Source of the DNA: Gemmatimonadota bacterium
GTDB taxonomy: Bacteria; Latescibacterota; UBA2968; UBA8231
Direction: 5' to 3'
Length of the DNA: 13,653 nucleotides
Assembly (NCBI GenBank): GCA_038128265.1
Contig: JAYPJE010000085.1
Coordinates: forward strand, 1 to 13,653
This document shows positions 1 through 6,865 of the stretch, one piece after another (position 1 is the first letter of the stretch; every line of letters starts with the position of its first letter). A program made the translations under genes and the position numbers. A model generated the notes under the pieces. The model saw nothing but the letters and a program-made list of their open reading frames with translations. It was not told the DNA's origin and did not search any database.

Positions 1-678
1 ATTTTCCGCTACGCCAAAGGGCACGGCCAGCTTCTGCTCGGGGTAAATCAGGTCCGGGTCTTTGATCGCCTCTTTGTTGGCGCGGTAAATGCGCGGCCAC
101 ATATAGGGGTCGTCGTAGACGCTCTCTTTTTTGGCGATATTCCACAGGTTATCGCCCCGCTCGACCATGTAATCAACGGTGACGGGCTGGGCAATACGGG
201 CTCTGATCTGTTCCAGAAGCGCATCGATCTTGGACAGCTTGTCGGCCATTTCGGGTAGGGCGGCCATCTTGTCGCCCTTCATGTCGGCGATTTCGGCGGC
301 GAGTGCTTTGGCTTCGCCGCGGCGCTGAATCAGCACTTCCGGGGCCAGGGCCAGCAGGCCCTCAAGCTGGCTGGCAATGGCATCGAGACGCTTGCCGAAG
401 GCCGCTACCTCGTTCGTGGTTGCTTCAACGTGGGTGAGGATCTGGTCGTTGAGATCGGCTATGGCCAGATCGCATGCACTCACTTGGCCGTTTAAATCCT
501 CAATCTGACCGTTCAACGCTTCAATCTGCTGGTCAGCAGCTCCTTGGCGCTGCTGCAAGTCGGCCATCAGCGCGACGTACTCGTCGCGCGTCATCTTCTT
601 CTCTTCTTGGGCTTGCGCGGGACCGCTCAGGCTAACTAACAGCGCCAGAGCTATGCCGCTTACGAACGTCTTTTTCAT
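1..678 (-). CDS. Secreted coiled-coil protein with LysM peptidoglycan-binding domain (3' end runs off the window)
   Basis: Absent from the ORF track because no stop falls inside the window. Manual translation from ATG at 678 (AGGAG RBS at 689-693 on the minus strand) is open to position 1. It gives a signal peptide MKKTFVSGIALALLLVSLSGPAQA|QEE, a heptad-rich region (QQIEALNGQIEDLNGQV...) and a LysM motif DYMVERGDNLWNIAKKESVYDDPYMWPRIYRANKEAIKDPDLIYPEQKLAVP (about nt 19-174). Confidence 0.9.
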   Translation of the reverse strand, partial: MKKTFVSGIALALLVSLSGPAQAQEEKKMTRDEYVALMADLQQRQGAADQQIEALNGQIEDLNGQVSACDLAIADLNDQILTHVEATTNEVAAFGKRLDAIASQLEGLLALAPEVLIQRRGEAKALAAEIADMKGDKMAALPEMADKLSKIDALLEQIRARIAQPVTVDYMVERGDNLWNIAKKESVYDDPYMWPRIYRANKEAIKDPDLIYPEQKLAVPFGVAEN

Positions 679-701
679 GGCAATCAGGCTCCTGCGCTCG
701 A

Positions 702-968
702 CTAGTTATTTAGGTTGGCTTTGGTGGCGGTCAGCTTCTGCTCCAGGGCATTCTTTGCCGACTTCTTCTCAGCGAGTTGGCGTTCCAAGCCCGCCTTCTC
801 AGCCTGGAGGTCAACGACCTTTTGCTCGGCCGCTTCGGTCGCTGAACGCTGCGTGTCCAGAGCGGCCATTTCTTCCTGCGAAACGCCTCCGCAGCCGACC
901 ACGAGAGGCAGGGCCAAGGCAGCCAGGCCAATGCCGAATCTCCTGCTAATTGCAAAACGACGGCTCAT
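702..968 (-). CDS. Small coiled-coil lipoprotein (88 aa)
   Basis: GGAGG RBS upstream of the ATG. Basic N-terminus, hydrophobic stretch and lipobox LVVG|C, followed by an Ala/Glu/Lys-rich heptad coiled coil. Lies 23 nt upstream of the LysM gene on the same strand. Confidence 0.85.
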   Translation of the reverse strand: MSRRFAISRRFGIGLAALALPLVVGCGGVSQEEMAALDTQRSATEAAEQKVVDLQAEKAGLERQLAEKKSAKNALEQKLTATKANLNN

Positions 969-1067
969 CTAAAATTTCCTCCGCTGGCGATACTTCACAA
1001 ATGGGAGACGGAACACCCGAACACCGGTGTCCGAATACGTTTCAAATTTACTATAATACGCGGTGAA

Positions 1068-1096
1068 AAGGTAATATGCGCCTAGGGCGATGTCAA
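1068..1096 (-). promoter_or_regulatory. Putative sigma70 promoter for the lipoprotein-LysM pair
   Basis: Minus-strand TTGACA (plus TGTCAA 1091-1096), 17-nt spacer, TACCTT (1068-1073), in an AT-rich intergenic stretch. Confidence 0.55.
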
Positions 1097-1121
1097 GTAT
1101 AAAACAAAGAGTTATGCACTG

Positions 1122-2909
1122 TTACGGCATGGTTCGGATGCCCAATTCGCGCAGCTGTTTGTCCTCGGTATGGGAAGGGGACTGTTCCATCAGGCCCACG
1201 GCTTTGTTGGTCTTGGGGAACGCGATTACGTCGCGGATGGAATCCTCGCCGGCCAACAGGGCGACCAATCGATCAAATCCAAAGGCGATCCCGCCGTGCG
1301 GGGGTGCACCGTATTCGAGCGCTTCGAGTAGAAAACCGAATTTCTCGGTGGCTTCGTCCGGTGTAAGGGCCAATAATTCAAACAACTTACTTTGTACGGA
1401 GCGCTGCGAGATACGGATGCTGCCGCCGGCGATTTCATTGCCATTAAGCACGAGATCGTAGGCGCGTGCGCGCGCGCAGAGCGGGTCGCTGTCCAGCAGG
1501 TGCACATCCTCTTCCATCGGCGAGGTAAACGGGTGGTGTATAGCGACCATGCGGTCCTCTTCTTCGTCCCGTTCCAGCAGGGGGAACTCGGTAATCCACA
1601 GCGGCTTCCAATTTTCTTTGTCGATCAGGCCAAGCCGGCGAGCCAACTCGAGTCGAAGGGCTCCCAAAACGCGGGCGACGATAGGGGGCTGGTCGGCGAC
1701 AAAGAGCAGCAGGTCGCCTGGCTCCGAGCGTAGCTCCTCGATGAGCGTTTGTTGTGCTGCTTCGGGGAAAAACTTGACGATAGAGGATTCGAGGCCGTTA
1801 TCGGTATGCTTGATCCAGCTGAGTCCTTTGGCACCGGCAGCCTGTGCGAAGGCGATGAGGTCGTCGACTTGGCTGCGGGAAAAGTCGCTGCAGCCCTTGG
1901 CGTTTATCGCTTTGACCTGTCCTCCCGACTCGAGCACACTTTGGAATACCTTAAATTCGGAGGCGCGTGCAGCCCCTTCCGCCTTTTGCAGTTCGAGTCC
2001 GAAGCGGAGATCGGGCTTGTCGGAGCCAAAGCGGCTCATCGCTTCCGCGTAGGTTAGCCTGGGGAAGGGGTCGGGCAATTCGATGCCGCGCAGCCCTGTG
2101 AAGAGCGCTCGCGTGAGGTTTTCCGCAATGCCCATGACGTGATTTTCGCGGACAAAGGACATCTCGATGTCGATTTGGGTGAATTCAGGCTGGCGATCGG
2201 CGCGCAGGTCCTCGTCGCGAAAGCATTTGACGATCTGAAAGTAGCGATCGTAGCCCGAGACCATGAGCAGCTGCTTGTATGTTTGAGGCGACTGTGGAAG
2301 GGCAAAAAACTGGCCTGGGTGCACTCGACTGGGAACCAAATAGTCGCGCGCGCCCTCCGGCGTGCTCTTGGTTAAAAAGGGCGTTTCCACCTCTATGAAC
2401 TGGTGGCCGTCCAAAAAGGAGCGCGTCGCCTGATAGGCTTTGTGGCGCAGCATCAGATTGTGCTGCATGCGGGTTCGACGCAGATCGAGATAGCGGTGGC
2501 GCAGGCGAATTTCTTCGCCGGTATCGATGGAATCCTCTATGAGGAAGGGGGGCGTCGGGCTGGTGTTGAGAATGCGCAGGTCGTTGCAGTTGACCTCGAT
2601 GGCGCCGGTGGCCAGCTTTTCGTTGACCATGCCCTCGGGACGCGCCTCGACACCGCCGCGCGCGGCGATTACAAATTCGCTGCGGAGGTGGTCGGCCTTG
2701 GCGTGTGCGGCGGCATCGTGCTGTGGATTAAACACGAGCTGCGTTAGCCCGTAGCGGTCGCGCAGATCGATAAAAATGACCCCGCCGTGATCGCGGCGTC
2801 GGGCCACCCAACCCATGAGCAAAACGCGCTGGCCCACGTCGCTGGAACCCAGTGCACCGCAGGTGTGAGATCGCTCCCAATCGCCGAGAAATTCCGTTTC
2901 AAGCGTCAT
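1122..2909 (-). CDS. aspS: Aspartate--tRNA ligase, likely non-discriminating Asp/Asn type
   Basis: Motifs RSHTCG, GWVARRRDHGGVIFIDLRD, TPEGARDYLVPSR, ALPQSPQ, CFRDEDLRADRQPEFTQIDIE, GAPPHGGIAFGFDR and IRDVIAFPKT. Start moved from the track's 2984 to ATG 2909 (MTLETEF..., 595 aa), because the extra 25 codons overlap the AT-rich promoter. Confidence 0.97.
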   Translation of the reverse strand: MTLETEFLGDWERSHTCGALGSSDVGQRVLLMGWVARRRDHGGVIFIDLRDRYGLTQLVFNPQHDAAAHAKADHLRSEFVIAARGGVEARPEGMVNEKLATGAIEVNCNDLRILNTSPTPPFLIEDSIDTGEEIRLRHRYLDLRRTRMQHNLMLRHKAYQATRSFLDGHQFIEVETPFLTKSTPEGARDYLVPSRVHPGQFFALPQSPQTYKQLLMVSGYDRYFQIVKCFRDEDLRADRQPEFTQIDIEMSFVRENHVMGIAENLTRALFTGLRGIELPDPFPRLTYAEAMSRFGSDKPDLRFGLELQKAEGAARASEFKVFQSVLESGGQVKAINAKGCSDFSRSQVDDLIAFAQAAGAKGLSWIKHTDNGLESSIVKFFPEAAQQTLIEELRSEPGDLLLFVADQPPIVARVLGALRLELARRLGLIDKENWKPLWITEFPLLERDEEEDRMVAIHHPFTSPMEEDVHLLDSDPLCARARAYDLVLNGNEIAGGSIRISQRSVQSKLFELLALTPDEATEKFGFLLEALEYGAPPHGGIAFGFDRLVALLAGEDSIRDVIAFPKTNKAVGLMEQSPSHTEDKQLRELGIRTMP

Positions 2910-2962
2910 GATCAACTTCTTTAGATTAGAGTTGTTTTGCAGTAAAATTCGGCAAACAGGCA

Positions 2963-2991
2963 AAATTAAAGGTTGGTTTTGCAAGTGTCAA
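2963..2991 (-). promoter_or_regulatory. Putative sigma70 promoter of aspS
   Basis: Minus-strand TTGACA (plus TGTCAA 2986-2991), 17-nt spacer, TAATTT (2963-2968). Confidence 0.6.
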
Positions 2992-3008
2992 GCTGGTGCG
3001 CGGCTAGT

Positions 3009-3036
3009 TTGACAGCGGCTAGGAGGCCGATATATT
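3009..3036 (+). promoter_or_regulatory. Putative sigma70 promoter of the cysM-mec-GT-carrier-GT-cysK operon
   Basis: TTGACA at 3009-3014, 16-nt spacer, TATATT at 3031-3036. Confidence 0.6.
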
Positions 3037-3158
3037 TGCTCTGTCCTAGCAGCGGAGACTCCAATTGGGAAGCGAGCGGTTTTGCAGGGAGATATGTGGA
3101 TGAAATCCGGCGCCCAGCAGGGGCAAGATCGGTGCGGTCGGCGCGGTGGGGGCCGAGC

Positions 3159-4127
3159 GTGAGTATACCCTTGCAAAAAGTCGAGACGGCGCGCGACCCG
3201 CTCGGTCGCTCAATCGTCGAGCAAATCGGCCAAACGCCGCTGTTGCGCCTGCACGACGATGCGATTCCCCGCGGCGTAGAAGTCTATGCCAAGTTGGAGT
3301 ATTTCAATCCGGGTGGTTCGGTCAAAGATCGTCCCGCTCGGCGCATGATTGAGGACGGTGAGCGTGCAGGTAAGTTATTGCCGGGCAAGACAATTCTCGA
3401 CTCTACTTCAGGTAATACGGGAATTGCCTATGCCATGATTGGCGCGGCCAAGGGCTATCCTGTAAAGCTGGCGATGCCGGCCAACGTCAGCCGCGAGCGC
3501 AAGGCGGTGCTGGCCGCCTACGGCGCCGAAGTCATCTACACGGATCCCGGTGAACTCTCCGATGGCGCCATCCTGGAGGCCCGTCGCATTCATGAAGAAG
3601 ACCCGGACGCCTATTTCAAGCCCGACCAGTATAACAACCCGTCCAATTGGCAGGCGCATTTCGATACGACAGCGCCCGAGATTTGGCAGCAGACGCAGGG
3701 GCGGGTAACGCACTTTATCGCGACCATTGGCACCAGCGGGACCGTGATGGGCACGGGCAGAGGGCTAAAGCAGTTTAACGAAGCGATTCAGATCATTGCC
3801 GCCGAGCCGGCCGATCCGTTCCACGGTATCGAAGGCCTCAAGCATATGGAGAGTTCCATTGTGCCGGGCATTTACGACGAGTCGTTTCTCGACCATAAAA
3901 TCGCTGTCGATACGGAAGATGCTTACGATACGGCGCTGCGTCTGCCGCGCGAGCACGGCGTGCTGGTCGGTCAGTCATCCGGGGCGGCGTATTGGTCGGC
4001 CATCGAAGTTGCCCGGCAGCTGAGCGAGGGCGTTGTCGTGACGATTTTTTGCGACGGTGGAGACAAGTACATGAGCACGCCAATGTGGCAAATTGCCCTC
4101 GAAGAGGCCGTGCAGAGAAAGGGATAG
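3159..4127 (+). CDS. cysM: PLP-dependent cysteine synthase family protein, CysM / O-phosphoserine sulfhydrylase-like (probably sulfur-carrier dependent)
   Basis: Motifs AKLEYFNPGGSVKDR (PLP lysine), STSGNTG, GTSGT, HGIEGLKHM, GQSSGA and DGGDKYMS. Adjacent to a JAMM peptidase and a ubiquitin-like carrier. The start is uncertain: GTG 3159 was chosen, GTG 3096 (GGAG upstream) is an alternative, and the track's 2973 start lies upstream of the predicted promoter. Confidence 0.88.
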   Translation: MSIPLQKVETARDPLGRSIVEQIGQTPLLRLHDDAIPRGVEVYAKLEYFNPGGSVKDRPARRMIEDGERAGKLLPGKTILDSTSGNTGIAYAMIGAAKGYPVKLAMPANVSRERKAVLAAYGAEVIYTDPGELSDGAILEARRIHEEDPDAYFKPDQYNNPSNWQAHFDTTAPEIWQQTQGRVTHFIATIGTSGTVMGTGRGLKQFNEAIQIIAAEPADPFHGIEGLKHMESSIVPGIYDESFLDHKIAVDTEDAYDTALRLPREHGVLVGQSSGAAYWSAIEVARQLSEGVVVTIFCDGGDKYMSTPMWQIALEEAVQRKG

Positions 4128-4138
4128 GGCGAACGCGG

Positions 4139-4642
4139 ATGAAGACCCTGGTGATTAGGCAGGCCGATTACGAGCGCATTTGCGCGCAGTCGCTCGACGA
4201 GTACGAGCAGGGCGAGTGCTGCGGTATGCTCACCCACGGCCCAGAGGGTGGAGCCGTTGAAGTGCACGTATGCGAAAATATCCAAGGGCTGATGCACGAA
4301 AGGGATCCGGAACAGTATCCACGCACGACGCTCAATGCCTATTTGATCGATCCGGCCGAGCAGCATCGCATTATCTCAGATGCGGAAAAGCGCGGCGGCG
4401 GCATCGCCGGATTCTATCACTCGCACGTTGACTGTGATGCCTATTTCTCCGACGAAGACAAGGCGCAGGCTTGCGCCTTTTTCGGCGACGAGCCGACCTA
4501 CCCCGATGCGTTCTATCTCGTCGTGTCCGTGTACGGGCCGCGCTCCGAGCGGGAAGTGCCCGTCGTCAAGGAGCATAAGTGCTTTGCCTGGAGCGAAGAT
4601 CGCGCTGACTTTGTCGAAGTCGCTCTGGAATTCATCGACTGA
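4139..4642 (+). CDS. mec: JAMM/MPN+ (M67 family) zinc metallopeptidase, Mec-like CysO-cysteine peptidase
   Basis: ATG 4139, 11 nt after the cysM stop. N-terminal catalytic E in ECCG and a complete JAMM motif HSH-x7-S-x2-D (HSHVDCDAYFSDED), plus YPDAFYLVVSV. Confidence 0.88.
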   Translation: MKTLVIRQADYERICAQSLDEYEQGECCGMLTHGPEGGAVEVHVCENIQGLMHERDPEQYPRTTLNAYLIDPAEQHRIISDAEKRGGGIAGFYHSHVDCDAYFSDEDKAQACAFFGDEPTYPDAFYLVVSVYGPRSEREVPVVKEHKCFAWSEDRADFVEVALEFID

Positions 4643-4650
4643 GCTCGACG

Positions 4651-6501
4651 GTGCGTATCTGCCGCAAGTGGACTCTGCTGCTGGCGCTGGCGGCCGGCTT
4701 TGTCCAATGGCTGGGTGGACAGGGCGCATTTCACTACGACGATTTCCACTCTATAGTGCACAACCCGCACCTGCGTTCGCTGGAGAATATTCCGCGTTTC
4801 TTTAGTGATCCAACGCTCTTTTCTGGCGATGCAAAGCAGGCCATGTACCGCCCGGTTGTGCTGACGACCTACGCGCTGAATTATGCGTTCGATGGGTTTG
4901 ATCCGCACGTTTTTCGCCTCTTCAACATCGTCATACATGCGATTAATTGCGCGCTTGTTCTGCATTTGGTGCATGCGCTCACACGGCTGCCCGCCATCGC
5001 CTGGACGGCGGCGCTGCTCTTCGCCTTTCACCCATTGTCCGTCGAGTCGGTCCAGTATATCAGCAGCCGTTCGGAATCGCTTATGGCGCTGGGGCTGTTG
5101 TCTGCGCTGCTGTGCTACGAGCGCTGGCAGAGGGAGGGGGCTCGGCGCTGGTACGGCCTGTCGCTAGGGGCGTTTGCCCTGTCTGTGCTGAGCAAGTCGG
5201 TCGGCTGCGTAGGCCTGCTGCTGCTGCCGCTGTGCGATTGGCTGCAGGGGCGTTCCATAGCGCGGAGGGGCCGCCTGCTGGCATACGCCCCCTTCTTGGT
5301 GCTCGTTGGGATGTACGTGTCGGTTTCTCACCAGGTTGTGGGCAAGGCGATCGGCGCGCCGGTGCGCCACTACGACGTGCAGCTGTGGACCCAGCTCAAG
5401 GCGTGGGTCTACTACGCGTGGCTCGGCACGATGCCAGCACAGCTGAGCGTCGAGCATCAGTTTTTTCTCTCGCACTCGTTGGGTGTGCCCGCCGTATGGT
5501 TGGCGCTGCTGCTGATTGTTTCCCTGCTTTGGGTGGCGGCCGTCGCGCGCCAGCGCCTGCCCCTTTTTGCTCTCCTGTGGTGCGCCCTTGTTCTGCTGCC
5601 GGCTTCGGTGGTGCCCCTGATTGTGCTGGTCAACGAGCACCGCCTGTATCTGGCGCTGGTGGGGGCAGGCATCGGCCTAGGCTGGTTGGTCAATGCGGTC
5701 CCAATAAATAGGCATAGGGTGGCTCTCTACAGCGCGGCTGTTTATACTTTATTGTTGGTGTGGATGGCCTTCGAGCGTGCTCAGGTTTGGCGCAGTGAAG
5801 AGGCGCTTTGGGCCGACGCGGCATCCAAGGCACCGGGCATGCTCAAACCGCATCTGCGTTTGGGCGATGCCCTCGTCGAAGCGGGCGCCTTCGCGCGTGC
5901 CGAGGCGGCTTATGGCCGCGCTCTGCAGCTGCGTCCTCAGCATCCGGCAACGCGCAACAATTTAGGCCGACTCTATATGCGCCAGGGACGTTTCGAAGAA
6001 GCCGAGGCGCACTTTCGCACCCTGCTGGAGGTCTCGCCCGATATTGTGCAGGCGCGGCTAAACTGGGCCCTGCTGCTGCTGCGCAGGGGAGCCTGGCTCG
6101 AAGCCGAGGGTGCCTATAGGGAAGCGCTGCGCTACGGTGATACCGGAGGTGAGGCACAGAAAAAGTTGGGCTATATTGCGCTGCACCACCGCGCCGACAG
6201 CCAACGCGCTGTGGACCATTTGCGGGCGGGGCTGGCTCTGCGACCCGACGCGTCGACTTGGACCGTCCTCGGGGTGGCCCTGCGCAGCGGTGGGCAAAAC
6301 GAACAGGCCGAAGCGGCCTATCGCGCGGCGCTAGCCCTCGATGGCGAGAGCGCTGACGCTTGGTTTAATTTGGGCAATTTATATCGCGATACGGGGCAGC
6401 GGGCCCAGGCGCGCGATGCCTACCGCCGCGTTGCCGAAATGGCCGGCGAGCCGCTGGCGCAAAAAGCCGTTCAGGAACTGCAATTACTCACGCCACAATA
6501 G
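4651..6501 (+). CDS. TMTC-like GT-C-fold membrane glycosyltransferase with about 6 C-terminal TPR repeats (paralog 1)
   Basis: Multi-pass hydrophobic N-terminal ~380 aa with FHYDD (acidic GT-C loop), MYRP, FAFHPLSVESVQYISSRSE, LSK and NEHRLYL motifs, typical of TMTC-family proteins. Followed by TPRs such as ATRNNLGRLYMRQGRFEEAEAHF and DAWFNLGNLYRDTGQ. GTG start 8 nt after the mec stop. Confidence 0.85.
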   Translation: MRICRKWTLLLALAAGFVQWLGGQGAFHYDDFHSIVHNPHLRSLENIPRFFSDPTLFSGDAKQAMYRPVVLTTYALNYAFDGFDPHVFRLFNIVIHAINCALVLHLVHALTRLPAIAWTAALLFAFHPLSVESVQYISSRSESLMALGLLSALLCYERWQREGARRWYGLSLGAFALSVLSKSVGCVGLLLLPLCDWLQGRSIARRGRLLAYAPFLVLVGMYVSVSHQVVGKAIGAPVRHYDVQLWTQLKAWVYYAWLGTMPAQLSVEHQFFLSHSLGVPAVWLALLLIVSLLWVAAVARQRLPLFALLWCALVLLPASVVPLIVLVNEHRLYLALVGAGIGLGWLVNAVPINRHRVALYSAAVYTLLLVWMAFERAQVWRSEEALWADAASKAPGMLKPHLRLGDALVEAGAFARAEAAYGRALQLRPQHPATRNNLGRLYMRQGRFEEAEAHFRTLLEVSPDIVQARLNWALLLLRRGAWLEAEGAYREALRYGDTGGEAQKKLGYIALHHRADSQRAVDHLRAGLALRPDASTWTVLGVALRSGGQNEQAEAAYRAALALDGESADAWFNLGNLYRDTGQRAQARDAYRRVAEMAGEPLAQKAVQELQLLTPQ

Positions 6502-6510
6502 GAGGCAATA

Positions 6511-6789
6511 ATGGCTGTAACTGTCAATATTCCAACGCCGTTGCGCAAGTTGACGAACAACGAATCGGAGGTGTCGATTGAGGCTGGTTCGGTTGGCGAG
6601 CTGGTCGACAATCTCGAAGCGGCCTATAGCGGCATCGCCGAGAAGCTGCTCGACGATAAGGGCGAGATTCGCCGCTACGTCAACGTGTTTGTTAACGACG
6701 AGGATATCCGCTTCCTCGACGGCAAGGAAACGGCGCTCAACGACGGCGACAATATTTCGATCGTGCCGGCCATCGCCGGCGGTTGTTGA
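6511..6789 (+). CDS. cysO: Ubiquitin-like MoaD/ThiS-family sulfur carrier protein (CysO/SAMP1-like) with C-terminal GG-C
   Basis: AGGAGG RBS overlapping the upstream stop. Motifs VNIPTPLR, RRYVNVFVNDEDIRFLDG, L.DGD.ISIVPAIAGG and a final Cys. The cysO label rests on the cysM+mec context. Confidence 0.88.
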   Translation: MAVTVNIPTPLRKLTNNESEVSIEAGSVGELVDNLEAAYSGIAEKLLDDKGEIRRYVNVFVNDEDIRFLDGKETALNDGDNISIVPAIAGGC

Positions 6790-6812
6790 GCACGATATCC
6801 AACGCGTTTAGC

Positions 6813-6845
6813 GGGAGCCGTCCGACGCGCCGTTGGGCGGTTCCC
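6813..6845 (+). promoter_or_regulatory. Intra-operon stem-loop without a U-tract (possible mRNA stabiliser, pause or processing site)
   Basis: GGGAGCCGTCCGACG (6813-6827) pairs with CGTTGGGCGGTTCCC (6831-6845). This is a 15-bp stem with 3 G-U pairs on the plus strand, 3-nt loop, no poly-U. Confidence 0.6.
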
Positions 6846-6865
6846 ACTCCGCTACAGACTTGCAC

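Noticed and set aside
1052..1057. Perfect TATAAT on the plus strand suggesting an antisense promoter into aspS
   Set aside because: No -35 or extended -10 TG at the right spacing. Expected by chance in an AT-rich intergenic region.
2973..3158. N-terminal extensions of CysM (from 2973), AspS (to 2984) and Mec (from 3992) in the ORF track
   Set aside because: The extensions overlap predicted promoters or the upstream gene and have non-conserved composition. Downstream starts are more plausible.
4139..6789. Ubiquitin-like conjugation or anti-phage system (JAB + Ubl, as in CBASS or Bil)
   Set aside because: No E1/E2, cyclase or effector genes are present. Flanking cysteine synthases and housekeeping context point to sulfur transfer.
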